Shown here: positions 52,606 to 61,431 of the stretch, in pieces
Layout: the number at the start of each line of letters is the position of its first letter
Numbering within the stretch: position 1 is the first letter of the stretch
Origin: Escherichia virus TH40
Length of the DNA: 64,000 bases
Strand: one strand, 5' to 3'
Sequence record: MT446411.1
The notes under the pieces: generated by a model
The model's input: the letters and a program-made list of their open reading frames with translations, nothing else
Databases searched by the model: none
Told to the model about the DNA's origin: nothing
Translations under genes and position numbers: made by a program

Positions 52606-53358
52606 TTAATTAAAAATTTCAACAACCATGGAACGTGGTACAACAGTAAATTCACCAGCATGGACAACGTTCAGGAGTTCAACATCATCTTCAATCCACT
52701 GGTCTGTTACCCAACCACAAATGGAACTGTTAAATGGGCGTTTGATTTGAACTGGTTTACACAGCAAGTCAATAGGGTCACCCAGTTCGCTAACTTCTTC
52801 CAGCAGTACAGATTCACGTGGATAAAGGATAGCTTCAAGATTGTCACCTGATTCATTGACTGCAGTAAATTCAAAGATGCTTTGGTGATTGTGGTACTTA
52901 ACTGTTTTAACGGTAAATGGAGCAAATCCAAAAATACCTTTCAGTACGCGCCAACCGGCATTCAATGCATTAGTATTATCAAAATCACCATATCCAACAA
53001 GTTGATAGGTTTTGTCAACTTTGATAGGAGTTTCTTCAACTTCTTTGAAGAGTTCAATCTCAGCTTCATAAATCATAATTTTTTCTACTTCATTAGTATC
53101 AAGGCGACGTGCATGTAGAATATATGCTTTATCAAACCAGTTACTTTTTACAAAAGTTTCAACAATAAATTCACCTTCACCTAAAGCATCAGTCAGAGTA
53201 TTATACCCAGAAACCATAGCTGCATTTTGAATAATAGGTTCAATCAGTTGATAAGTTTTGTTAATTTCAATAGTCATATTTTGTTTCTCAAGTTTTAATG
53301 GTTTAATTGGGCGAACATACATACTTACAACATCAAAGTCAATAAATTCTGGTTTCAT
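52606..53358 (-). CDS. hypothetical protein, paralogue of 51966..52526
   Basis: 250-aa ORF. Confidence 0.5.
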   Translation of the reverse strand: MKPEFIDFDVVSMYVRPIKPLKLEKQNMTIEINKTYQLIEPIIQNAAMVSGYNTLTDALGEGEFIVETFVKSNWFDKAYILHARRLDTNEVEKIMIYEAEIELFKEVEETPIKVDKTYQLVGYGDFDNTNALNAGWRVLKGIFGFAPFTVKTVKYHNHQSIFEFTAVNESGDNLEAILYPRESVLLEEVSELGDPIDLLCKPVQIKRPFNSSICGWVTDQWIEDDVELLNVVHAGEFTVVPRSMVVEIFN

Positions 53359-53615
53359 TATGCAACCTTATTGAACATCGCCAGTTGGTTAGGTTGTACA
53401 ACCATAATTTCACGACGGCCTTTTGCGTTTGACACGTTCAAGTAGATGCCTTTGTTCATGTCTGTTTCTTTATCATATACCGCAATTTTATTGACAGTAA
53501 AGATTTTACCACGAATATTTGTAAATGCACATTCAAACGCTTCAGTCAGACCTGCTTCAGCAGCTTGAAGAGCAGACATTTCATATTGTTGGCCAATTTC
53601 AAAAGAAGTAATCAT
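53358..53615 (-). CDS. hypothetical protein (85 aa from ATG 53613-53615)
   Basis: GATGAGGATAACAAA SD; the track N-terminus runs through promoter DNA. Confidence 0.4.
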   Translation of the reverse strand: MITSFEIGQQYEMSALQAAEAGLTEAFECAFTNIRGKIFTVNKIAVYDKETDMNKGIYLNVSNAKGRREIMVVQPNQLAMFNKVA

Positions 53616-53646
53616 TTTGTTATCCTCATCAGTAGTTGATGAGATG

Positions 53647-53675
53647 ATTATGTCTCTTTCCATTGGCCTTGTACA
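53647..53675 (-). promoter_or_regulatory. sigma70-type early promoter (cassette subtype II)
   Basis: Minus strand GTGTACA, 17 bp, CATAAT; leader CATCTCATCAACTACTGATGAGGA. Confidence 0.5.
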
Positions 53676-53682
53676 CTACTTT

Positions 53683-54366
53683 TTATCGTTTTTTCGGTAA
53701 AGATAACGGGTCTGCATCTTCTTCGGAAGGAACTTCATCCAAACCAAGAGCATAGCGCTGGGCATACTTAAGCATCAAAATATCTTTCGCGCAGTCATGC
53801 ACCGAATCATGCGCCACAAATCCATCTAAAGTCCCCTTCGGTAATGGAGTTTCACACATCTTACGGACGAGTGATAGGGCTTCAATTGCCGTCCTGATAT
53901 CTCGCTGGTTCCAGAATACAACCGGCTCCAGGCCGTAGGTATTCAATTCACGCTCGGGAATACCCTCATTGCGCTGTAGGTCACGGATAAGGTCAACAAA
54001 CAACGGGAAGTCAAAAGACATTCCACGACACCACATAAGGCTTTCGTATTTGTTAATTCCATTACCATTCAGATAATCAATTGCTTGTTGGATACCAGTC
54101 AGAGTATCAACATCTTGCGCAGAAGGAGCCAAGTTAACACGAGCTTCTGGAGATTGTTTTTTCCACCAACCCATAGTTGTTGTGTCAAACAGACGTTTAC
54201 CTTTCTGGTATTCTAGGCTGAACTTAATGCGTTTACCGCGATTAACCAGAGTTTCAAAAGATTCCACAATAGCAGGGTCAGATTCAAATGTAATCAGAGC
54301 CAGGTCAATAACGGCCCCCTTCGAGCCGTTTCCCAGAGTTTCAAAGTCAATAATAGCATCAATCAT
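53683..54366 (-). CDS. dexA: exonuclease A (DEDDh 3'-5' exonuclease)
   Basis: 227 aa; N-terminal IDFETLG exonuclease motif; position upstream of dda as in T4. Confidence 0.85.
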   Translation of the reverse strand: MIDAIIDFETLGNGSKGAVIDLALITFESDPAIVESFETLVNRGKRIKFSLEYQKGKRLFDTTTMGWWKKQSPEARVNLAPSAQDVDTLTGIQQAIDYLNGNGINKYESLMWCRGMSFDFPLFVDLIRDLQRNEGIPERELNTYGLEPVVFWNQRDIRTAIEALSLVRKMCETPLPKGTLDGFVAHDSVHDCAKDILMLKYAQRYALGLDEVPSEEDADPLSLPKKR

Positions 54367-54598
54367 CGCACATCTCTTTTAATTTCTGAATTTCACCAGC
54401 AACATAGTCGGAGATAAAAATCCCGGGCTCTTCATTGTTAAAATATTCAATCGCAGCCATACGTTTCTGGATAAGGCTCAGTTCCAGTAAAACATAATTG
54501 CCCTGTTGGACGATAGTCGGATTATCTTCGTAAAATTCAACGGCATCATGAATACCGTAGATAAGATTATCTAAATCTTCTTTATATACCTTATACAT
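54359..54598 (-). CDS. hypothetical protein
   Basis: 79-aa ORF between dda and dexA. Confidence 0.45.
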   Translation of the reverse strand: MYKVYKEDLDNLIYGIHDAVEFYEDNPTIVQQGNYVLLELSLIQKRMAAIEYFNNEEPGIFISDYVAGEIQKLKEMCDD

Positions 54599-55919
54599 AA
54601 TATGCGTCGTACCTCGCTCGTGTGATTCCTACATAAGCCAACTGGCTCGCTAATGAAGCTTCAGCCATATGGATGCATGGAGTATAGATGAATGCTTTGT
54701 TTACTGAAACACCCTGCGCCTTGTGGATTGTACTGACTGGAAGAGCGCGAACTTTCAAGAAGGTCCGGCGTGCTTTCCAGAAGTCTTTCCACTCTGGACG
54801 TTTACCAGCAGCTTTCATCTGTTTGTATGTATCAGCAACTTTCGCCAGATATGCCTGGAATTTTGGTTGCTGGTCTTCTGGTAAAACTTTGATACGGTCA
54901 ACCTGATATTCTTCATCTTCATCAATTGACTCAACTTCCAGGTCCCAGTAATTAATTACCAACTGGTGCGATTCCCCTTTACAACGGAGAATAGTGGAAG
55001 TGTATTTGCAATCCTTGATACGAACCAACTGACCATTATTAAAAATGGTTTCGCTGAATTTCTTACCTTCAAATTCCAGCTCTTTCATGTGCGGCTCTTG
55101 CATAACCAGGACTTCATACGGTAAAAATGCTTTATCCGTTTCATAGAGCTTGCGACGAATAATATTGTTCAGTTTTTCAACTGATTTATTCGTGTACGCA
55201 TACATCCTATTTTCCATCAACATATCAGCATCTTTTACATGACTGAAATAGTTTACCATGAAATCCTTTAAAGCGGTTTGTGAGGTAAAACCTTGTACAC
55301 CATGACCTTCGTACATGCAATCACGGAACCAACCACCATTACGAATTTCTGTCGCCACTTCAATGATAGGAGCATTGCTTCGCATGACCTCAGTCAGATG
55401 AATCTGTTTGAACTTAGGATGCGTAAAGAATGGACTTATCTTTTGCTGCGTGCTTCCCGGGTCAACTGGCTGCAGCTGGTGCATATCACCAATCCCAAGA
55501 ATAGTACACCATTCAGGAACAGAATTGCAAATAATCTTAAACAGGGGTCCGTCATACATACTTGCTTCATCACAAATCAGAACATTACATTTTGACATAT
55601 CAGGCATTTCGCGCTGTTCAAAAATGTTTTGGTCTTCATATGTGGTTGGGTTAATCTTCAGGATGCTATGGATTGTATTCGCTGTTTGACCAGACAATTT
55701 GGATAAAACCTTTTTTGCCTGGTGAGTTGGTGCAGCAAGCACAATTCCCAAAACTCCATTACGCACCAGGTGGTCAATGACAAATTTTGTCAGAGTAGTC
55801 TTACCCGTACCAGCTGGACCATTCAGAGTGATACATTCCCCTGAACGTCGCTGAATAGCTTGAGTGATATAATCAAAAGCTTCTTTTTGTCCTGTGTTCA
55901 AGTCTTCAAATTTAATCAT
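54591..55919 (-). CDS. dda: Dda DNA helicase (SF1B)
   Basis: 442 aa; Walker A GPAGTGKTT; extensive match to T4 Dda as recalled. Confidence 0.95.
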   Translation of the reverse strand: MIKFEDLNTGQKEAFDYITQAIQRRSGECITLNGPAGTGKTTLTKFVIDHLVRNGVLGIVLAAPTHQAKKVLSKLSGQTANTIHSILKINPTTYEDQNIFEQREMPDMSKCNVLICDEASMYDGPLFKIICNSVPEWCTILGIGDMHQLQPVDPGSTQQKISPFFTHPKFKQIHLTEVMRSNAPIIEVATEIRNGGWFRDCMYEGHGVQGFTSQTALKDFMVNYFSHVKDADMLMENRMYAYTNKSVEKLNNIIRRKLYETDKAFLPYEVLVMQEPHMKELEFEGKKFSETIFNNGQLVRIKDCKYTSTILRCKGESHQLVINYWDLEVESIDEDEEYQVDRIKVLPEDQQPKFQAYLAKVADTYKQMKAAGKRPEWKDFWKARRTFLKVRALPVSTIHKAQGVSVNKAFIYTPCIHMAEASLASQLAYVGITRARYDAYYV

Positions 55920-56215
55920 GCCAATTTTACTCGCTTAACATTAACAGTATCTAAAACCAATTTCAGTTCTCTTGCACGGTCTTCTGTAGGGAACACAGTT
56001 TTGGATTCCCGCTTATCAAACCACCATTTTCTTGGAATGTACAAAGTTTCAATACGTCCCATACTTAAATATCTTTTTGTGGTGTATGAATAGTTGGCAA
56101 GTTCATAATCCGCGGCAGCCTTTGTGGTATACAAGGTAACCTTCCCATCATACTCCAATGGATGTTCAAATCCATCCTTATCTTTGTAAACCAATACATA
56201 AGCGTAGTACATCAC
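55916..56215 (-). CDS. hypothetical protein
   Basis: 99-aa ORF, ATGA overlap with dda. Confidence 0.45.
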   Translation of the reverse strand: MMYYAYVLVYKDKDGFEHPLEYDGKVTLYTTKAAADYELANYSYTTKRYLSMGRIETLYIPRKWWFDKRESKTVFPTEDRARELKLVLDTVNVKRVKLA

Positions 56216-56216
56216 A

Positions 56217-56963
56217 TTAACCTCTAATCAGTTTAAAAATTGACGCGTTCAAAGGTAGACCACGTTTCAGTTTTAATTTACCAATAAAACCAATCTTCTC
56301 AAAACGCTCAAGACCTTGAATGATTTTATCATAGCAATCAAAAAGCGTTTCAGCATTAGTTAATTTCTTGGTAACTTTCCAGTCATTACCCTTGAGCAGG
56401 ACATTCAATTTAGTAAGCTCATGACCTTCTGCAATACGGGAACCATCAATGCGAGCCTTCAGAGCAACCATTTTTAATTGGTTTTCTTTTGACTGCTCTG
56501 ATTTACTCATTTGGGCATAATGCTTAACGCGATTCTCACGTTTGTGCTGGATGTTCTTTATATGGTTGTATGACTTTTTAATCTGTTCCCATTTCTCTGA
56601 AGTCAGATTTAACTTTTCAATCTTCTTGGCAGATGGGCGAGCAATTTTTACAGCAACATCATCACGACGTTGTTTAAGCTCACCCAGGGACCAATCAGAA
56701 CGCATGGTATTATATTTCTTTTTAACAGGAATAACATTACCCTTGATATAACCAATATCATTGTTAAAACGTTCTAATGATAACTTCTCGTCTTCAATAG
56801 AGTTATTAAATGCTTCACCAGAATAAGCACAAACTTTTTGGTCAAGAATGTTAACCAGGTAATTGAAATCCAGGTTAAAGTCCTTACCACGACGTTTAGC
56901 AGAAGCTTGAGTGTGGTCCAGACGACGTTTAACTTTCAGCGTTTTGGTTTTTGATAAAGTCAT
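56217..56963 (-). CDS. hypothetical basic protein at the srd position
   Basis: 248-aa ORF between ART genes and dda; product assigned by position only. Confidence 0.45.
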   Translation of the reverse strand: MTLSKTKTLKVKRRLDHTQASAKRRGKDFNLDFNYLVNILDQKVCAYSGEAFNNSIEDEKLSLERFNNDIGYIKGNVIPVKKKYNTMRSDWSLGELKQRRDDVAVKIARPSAKKIEKLNLTSEKWEQIKKSYNHIKNIQHKRENRVKHYAQMSKSEQSKENQLKMVALKARIDGSRIAEGHELTKLNVLLKGNDWKVTKKLTNAETLFDCYDKIIQGLERFEKIGFIGKLKLKRGLPLNASIFKLIRG

Positions 56964-57010
56964 GATATTTTTCTCATCTTACGGACGATTGAATAACTCA
57001 GTACGGAATC

Positions 57011-57039
57011 ATTATACACTATTCATCTTTCATGTACAC
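57011..57039 (-). promoter_or_regulatory. sigma70-type early promoter (cassette subtype I)
   Basis: Minus strand TGTACA, 17 bp, TATAAT; subtype I leader. Confidence 0.5.
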
Positions 57040-57098
57040 TACTTTTTTGCCTTTAACGCTTTTATTTTTACCGTGTATAATGGTTCTAAGGTCTTTGG

Positions 57099-57713
57099 TT
57101 AATTCAAAACAGTTAAATGCCAAACAGTATACAGGTTGTTCAATGGGTGTGTCTCAATTAAATCTACGCGAAGCGTAGTCCCAGCGGGAAACATAAACTC
57201 ATCCTCATCATTAACCAGGTGTAAGTTTGACTTCCTGGTTGCTTCTGGATATGCACCATTGAACTCTTCAGGAGGAGCACCGCAAATCATTTTAAAGATT
57301 GCTTCCTGATAGTTATACGCATAAGGTGCATTGTTTATGCAGAAAATATTCCTTGTACCATAGAAGCTATATGATGCGAAATTTCTTGCAACCTGCCAGT
57401 CCCTGGAAAAACTCATCACACGATTGAACTCAATTGTTGCACCAACATATCTTAAATCTTCCAGGTATTCCATGGTTTTCTTTGATATACCACGGAACAA
57501 TGCTGCAGGCGGTGCAGTGTTCAGATTGTTGCGGATAATCCTGGTTAAGTCTTCTTGAATCAGGTCGGGTTTATTTTCCATACACTGCCAGAGTACTGAT
57601 TGCTCATTATCTGTATAAAGGGCATCAATCTCCGCTTGACATTGGTCACGAAAAGACTCACTAGAAGCGGCCGTGTCAATAATTCCATTCAAAACGTCAT
57701 CAGTGTACAGCAT
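57099..57713 (-). CDS. modA: ADP-ribosyltransferase, ModA-like (204 aa from ATG 57711-57713)
   Basis: R-S-E ART triad candidates FRGIS, SFSRD, EDEFMFP; position and size as T4 modA. Confidence 0.7.
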   Translation of the reverse strand: MLYTDDVLNGIIDTAASSESFRDQCQAEIDALYTDNEQSVLWQCMENKPDLIQEDLTRIIRNNLNTAPPAALFRGISKKTMEYLEDLRYVGATIEFNRVMSFSRDWQVARNFASYSFYGTRNIFCINNAPYAYNYQEAIFKMICGAPPEEFNGAYPEATRKSNLHLVNDEDEFMFPAGTTLRVDLIETHPLNNLYTVWHLTVLN

Positions 57714-57743
57714 TTTATTATCCTCATCAGTAGTTGATAGGAA

Positions 57744-57772
57744 CATCTTAACGTGTCTTATTGCTCTTGTAC
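57744..57772 (-). promoter_or_regulatory. sigma70-type early promoter (cassette subtype II)
   Basis: Minus strand GTGTACA, 17 bp, TAAGAT; leader CCTATCAACTACTGATGAGGA. Confidence 0.45.
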
Positions 57773-58318
57773 ACAGTCAAGAACATAATAATCATCAACA
57801 AATCCAGCATCAACTACCACGAATTTCTGGTCAACTGGAACAAACCATTCAAGCTCAGAATCAATCATGTCCATGTATTCTTCACGCCTTAATGTAGCTG
57901 CCTGGGCGGAACCAGAAGCAGTATTGAAGAATTCCAGTGGAACGTCAAGCGCGATTTTGCGCATCGCATCATGGTAACAAAAAGCTTTGGTCCGATTCAA
58001 TCTGACGATAGTCCTAGTCGCATATTCCATTGCAGCAAAATCCCTGGCAATACCATAGTCTTCTGTAAAGGATGTTATCCGTCCAAATTCAAAAGGTTGC
58101 ATTGATTCTTTTGCTTCATCTAACAAATCAATCTCTTGCTGGGTTACCCCGCGCCACAAGACTGTATCGGGTATAGACAACCTTGACTTGATGATTGAGT
58201 TGACATTTGAATGCAAGGTCTTATCAACCTTTGATGTACGACATTCAAATAATGAAGCTATCTCCATTTCACTAAATTTTAACTGGTTGGGTTCGGTATC
58301 AGATTTGATGATGTTCAT
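57758..58318 (-). CDS. modB: ADP-ribosyltransferase, ModB-like
   Basis: 186 aa; LWRG, SFTED, EWFVP triad candidates; paralogue of the adjacent ART. Confidence 0.7.
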   Translation of the reverse strand: MNIIKSDTEPNQLKFSEMEIASLFECRTSKVDKTLHSNVNSIIKSRLSIPDTVLWRGVTQQEIDLLDEAKESMQPFEFGRITSFTEDYGIARDFAAMEYATRTIVRLNRTKAFCYHDAMRKIALDVPLEFFNTASGSAQAATLRREEYMDMIDSELEWFVPVDQKFVVVDAGFVDDYYVLDCVQEQ

Positions 58319-58345
58319 AATGGCCTCTCTGTTGTAAGAAAGGTC

Positions 58346-58375
58346 ATTATGTCATTAGGAGGGGAGTAAGTAAAC
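58346..58375 (-). promoter_or_regulatory. sigma70-type early promoter
   Basis: Minus strand GTTTACT, 17 bp, CATAAT. Confidence 0.5.
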
Positions 58376-58623
58376 TACTTAAACACTCCAAGTGGAACGC
58401 CAAAGACTGCAATGTCTACGGCCATGCCAATCGGAGATTGATATGATGGAGATTGATATGATGAGTAAGAACTTTTCGATTCTGTCGGGCGTTCGACTTT
58501 AATTGTCTTGGATTCAGTCTTAATCCTTTGTAAGCGATTAATTTTTTGTTGCTCGATTTCCTTATGAGCATGTTTACGGTCGATATCCAGCGCCGATGTA
58601 GGAATATTTGTTAACCAGTTCAT
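58375..58623 (-). CDS. hypothetical protein with S/Y-rich segment (82 aa from ATG 58621-58623)
   Basis: MNWLTNIP...SKSSYSSYQSPSYQSP...; ATGA overlap with upstream gene. Confidence 0.4.
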   Translation of the reverse strand: MNWLTNIPTSALDIDRKHAHKEIEQQKINRLQRIKTESKTIKVERPTESKSSYSSYQSPSYQSPIGMAVDIAVFGVPLGVFK

Positions 58624-58799
58624 TGTTTCACCCATGGTGCCCATGGAGGTGGGTCGTCGTAATATGAGGCCAGGTCGCGTAGAACTTCCAAGGGGAGACT
58701 AAAACCGTGCTTCTGTATAATCGCATCAAGTTCGTCAACTAGGTCCACACGGGCTTCCGTAGGAGCTTTAGGCTCTTCAAAAAGTTCAAATAAATCCAT
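58620..58799 (-). CDS. small acidic protein (59 aa)
   Basis: Hand-translated [59 protein letters not shown]; TAATG overlap. Confidence 0.4.
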   Translation of the reverse strand: MDLFELFEEPKAPTEARVDLVDELDAIIQKHGFSLPLEVLRDLASYYDDPPPWAPWVKQ

Positions 58800-59287
58800 T
58801 AGTAACCACCGATAGGGCCGTAACCATACATACGAGCTCGAACTTTAGTATCGTGCAGAGCTTCTTCTGTTAAAGTAAAACGCAGACCGATATCAAAGTG
58901 TTTCCAAATCTGACGTTCGACTTCAGTAAGGTCTTCAGGTGCAGAAATCAGATATGTGCGACCTTTAAGGCGTTCAGTGGCCATTTTATCTCTATCTTTA
59001 TAGAAAATATCCGCGGTTCCTTCTGCATAATGGTCCGGATAACGATAGCCTTTGATATGCAGAGCTTCGGAAACAGTAAACGGGCACCCTTCGGCAACAT
59101 TAACGTTTTTTCTATGAAATACCTTCAGCATAACGTTTTCTGGCATCGTCAAGTTCATTAATTTTGTTTCCAATGCAGTGACCGAATCCATGCCATTGTA
59201 AACCATGATAAGGCATGCGGTAGCATCGTAAGGTCGTGTCTGTCCAGTGGAATCACGGACATAGAATTCTAATTCATATACTTTCAT
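58799..59287 (-). CDS. hypothetical protein
   Basis: 162-aa ORF. Confidence 0.5.
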   Translation of the reverse strand: MKVYELEFYVRDSTGQTRPYDATACLIMVYNGMDSVTALETKLMNLTMPENVMLKVFHRKNVNVAEGCPFTVSEALHIKGYRYPDHYAEGTADIFYKDRDKMATERLKGRTYLISAPEDLTEVERQIWKHFDIGLRFTLTEEALHDTKVRARMYGYGPIGGY

Positions 59288-59433
59288 AATGATTTCCTCT
59301 TACCAACTAATGGACCATCAGGAACTTTATTTTCCTTGATGTACTTTTCGTTTTCTTCCATCATTTTACTGCCAATTTTCAAAAGCAAATCCAGTGCTTC
59401 TTTTGCTCGGCGTTCAGCATCTTCTTGTGTCAT
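59284..59433 (-). CDS. small protein (49 aa)
   Basis: Hand-translated [49 protein letters not shown]; ATGA overlaps on both sides. Confidence 0.35.
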   Translation of the reverse strand: MTQEDAERRAKEALDLLLKIGSKMMEENEKYIKENKVPDGPLVGKRKSL

Positions 59434-59624
59434 GATTTATCTCCGTAGATATCACGCATCAGTTTAAGCGCTGCTCGTTCAGTCTTCTTTTCCTGCATGG
59501 CTTTAAGCCCGTTAACGGCCCATTCTTCAGCTTCACGTTGCATTTCTTCCTCGGCCCTGGCTACCCAGGAATCATCAATCCCTGGAGTAACCAACCAATC
59601 TTTAAGCCAACTTGTAATTCTCAT
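59430..59624 (-). CDS. hypothetical protein (SWLK family)
   Basis: 64 aa; [12 protein letters not shown]-terminus. Confidence 0.4.
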   Translation of the reverse strand: MRITSWLKDWLVTPGIDDSWVARAEEEMQREAEEWAVNGLKAMQEKKTERAALKLMRDIYGDKS

Positions 59625-59966
59625 TTAATCACACGAGCTGGAAGACGAATCACAGCTTCCCGAATCATAGGAGGAATAAGACGAATCACCGGTCCACGAA
59701 CTAACTGCGGCAGCGGTGACCACAATCGAAGTAGTATCGATACTGCTTTGCGCTTGGGCTCTTTGTTCTTGCAGTCGAGTTAAACGTTTTTGTAAGTCTT
59801 CTTCTGACATTGTAGAATATAGGTCTTTTGATTTCGATTTGACCACTTCTTCCATCATACCATCACCCATGTAAGCATATTCTCTTAGCTTAACATCTGG
59901 CGGGCTAACTGGAACCACGCCCTCGTTTGGTTTAGTCTTGAATAAATTCTTGAGCCAACTAATCAT
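59625..59966 (-). CDS. hypothetical protein with Ser-rich tail (SWLK family)
   Basis: 113 aa; MISWLKNLF N-terminus; C-terminus DSSYSSYDSGSCDSSSSSCD. Confidence 0.45.
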   Translation of the reverse strand: MISWLKNLFKTKPNEGVVPVSPPDVKLREYAYMGDGMMEEVVKSKSKDLYSTMSEEDLQKRLTRLQEQRAQAQSSIDTTSIVVTAAAVSSWTGDSSYSSYDSGSCDSSSSSCD

Positions 59967-60160
59967 AGGAAACCTCGTTTAAATTCAACTTGACCATCAT
60001 CATAACGGATTTCAATATTGAATTCTAAAGAGTCATCGTCATGCATCATGAATGAATGTACGATAACTTCATCAAACACACCCAGACCATACTTAAAATG
60101 GACATCATGCGCAATAATTTCATCTAAAGCTTTGTTTGGTTTAATCCAACGGTTTAACAT
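59963..60160 (-). CDS. hypothetical protein
   Basis: 65-aa ORF, ATGA overlap. Confidence 0.4.
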   Translation of the reverse strand: MLNRWIKPNKALDEIIAHDVHFKYGLGVFDEVIVHSFMMHDDDSLEFNIEIRYDDGQVEFKRGFL

Positions 60161-60200
60161 AGTATTCTCCTCTGTAATTGAAATAATTATACCGCTTCTA

Positions 60201-60231
60201 TTAAAAGCAAAAAGGGACTCCGAAGAGTCCC
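60201..60231 (-). terminator. rho-independent terminator after soc
   Basis: Minus strand GGGACTCTTCGGAGTCCC followed by TTTTTGCTTTT; hairpin identical to the one at 4314..4331. Confidence 0.6.
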
Positions 60232-60236
60232 TATAA

Positions 60237-60470
60237 TTAAACTACTGGGGTAGGCGTAAACATCGCCGCGTTCTTAGTTCGCCAATCAGCTGCACTAGAC
60301 GCTACGGTGACATAAGCGGCCTTTTCGGAAGGAAAAGTCTGATAGTGTGCATTCGCAATACGATGCTCATTTGAATAGATTTCAAACGGAACAGATACTT
60401 CAACACCTTTAACTTCTTTACCTTCACCAGCTGGATGCGTAAAGGTTTTGATATTAACGAAACCACCCAT
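60237..60470 (-). CDS. soc: small outer capsid protein
   Basis: 77 aa; VNIKTF and AHYQTFPSEKAAY match T4 Soc as recalled. Confidence 0.8.
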   Translation of the reverse strand: MGGFVNIKTFTHPAGEGKEVKGVEVSVPFEIYSNEHRIANAHYQTFPSEKAAYVTVASSAADWRTKNAAMFTPTPVV

Positions 60471-60511
60471 AATTAACTCCTTTGTTGTTTAATTACGGGT
60501 GTATTTATAAC

Positions 60512-61030
60512 TTAATAACCCCGGTCCTGACGAGCGAAGTTTTCAGCATTTTTCAGGTAATACAGTTTAAAGATTTCTTCTGCTGACAGACCAAGACCAT
60601 GGAACATGTTCAGAACAAAGTGCAGGATGTCAATCATCTCAAATTTAATTTCGAGCTGGTCTTCAGGAGACAACTCATCAATACGACGATTACGGAATTC
60701 AGCATGTTGGGCTTTCCACGGTTTCCAACAACTTGAGGCTGCTTTCTCGCCATTAGACATACCCCCGAGAGAAGTCAGAAGTTCACGGAATTCATCATCG
60801 ACATAATCTTTCTGGTTGCGAAGCCATGCAACAACATCACCTGCAGTAGCCAATTCATCTGGATGTGAGTTATATTCAGGTTTTTCGGTAGCCAGACGAA
60901 CTTGCAATGATTTCTGCATATCAAGCATAATCTGCAGCGGGTCAATACCTTTTGTAATTGCATTGTCATAAGCCAGAGCAGCTTTATCAACACCGGCAAT
61001 CAGTTGTGAACATTCATTAAAATGAGCCAT
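60512..61030 (-). CDS. 56: dCTP pyrophosphatase (MazG-like), 172 aa from ATG 61028-61030
   Basis: MAHFNEC...DPLQIMLDMQ...FRELLTSLGGMSNGEK...EDQLEIKFE...FHFVLNMF...EEIFKLYYLKN...FARQDRGY matches T4 gp56 as recalled. Confidence 0.9.
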   Translation of the reverse strand: MAHFNECSQLIAGVDKAALAYDNAITKGIDPLQIMLDMQKSLQVRLATEKPEYNSHPDELATAGDVVAWLRNQKDYVDDEFRELLTSLGGMSNGEKAASSCWKPWKAQHAEFRNRRIDELSPEDQLEIKFEMIDILHFVLNMFHGLGLSAEEIFKLYYLKNAENFARQDRGY

Positions 61031-61091
61031 TATATTTTTCCTTATCAATTCATGTTGTTTTGTATGTTAATTATATCATATTGGTTTGAAG

Positions 61092-61099
61092 CATAAATA
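61092..61099 (+). promoter_or_regulatory. late-promoter-like element (CATAAATA)
   Basis: 7 of 8 match to TATAAATA, 17 bp upstream of ATG 61116. Confidence 0.3.
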
Positions 61100-61115
61100 C
61101 AAGAAAGGAGGATAT

Positions 61116-61313
61116 ATGCTAAAACTATCTAGTCTAATTCAAGCCATCAAAGACAGTCGTAAGCGAACAATTCTGGTCCTTTCGATACTCTGTTTAGTTC
61201 TACTCTGGAACTTCGTTGTTGCCCCTGTTGCATTGACACATGGTGTTATATTACCAGTCATTGCACTCGAATCAGTTGTAGATATTTTACTGGCATTAAT
61301 CGGCCTTATATAG
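61116..61313 (+). CDS. small membrane protein (65 aa) on the opposite strand
   Basis: AAGGAGGA SD; MLKLSSLIQAIKDSRKRTILVLSILCLVLLWNFVVAPVALTHGVILPVIALESVVDILLALIGLI; two predicted TM helices. Confidence 0.45.
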   Translation: MLKLSSLIQAIKDSRKRTILVLSILCLVLLWNFVVAPVALTHGVILPVIALESVVDILLALIGLI

Positions 61314-61315
61314 AT

Positions 61316-61345
61316 GGAATAATGTGAATATTATTCCATCGGATT
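61316..61345 (+). terminator. hairpin after the plus-strand small gene
   Basis: GGAATAAT-gtgaat-ATTATTCC 3 nt after the stop; weak T-tract. Confidence 0.35.
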
Positions 61346-61372
61346 TGGAAATTAACCAGTAAGAAAGACAAG

Positions 61373-61404
61373 AAACATCATGGACTTTTTAGCCCATGAT
61401 GTTT
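61373..61404. terminator. 11-bp perfect inverted repeat, terminator candidate downstream of gene 61
   Basis: AAACATCATGG-10 nt-CCATGATGTTT with T-rich flanks on both strands. Confidence 0.4.
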
Positions 61405-61431
61405 TTCTGCGGAACTTACCGGAATTCCTTC

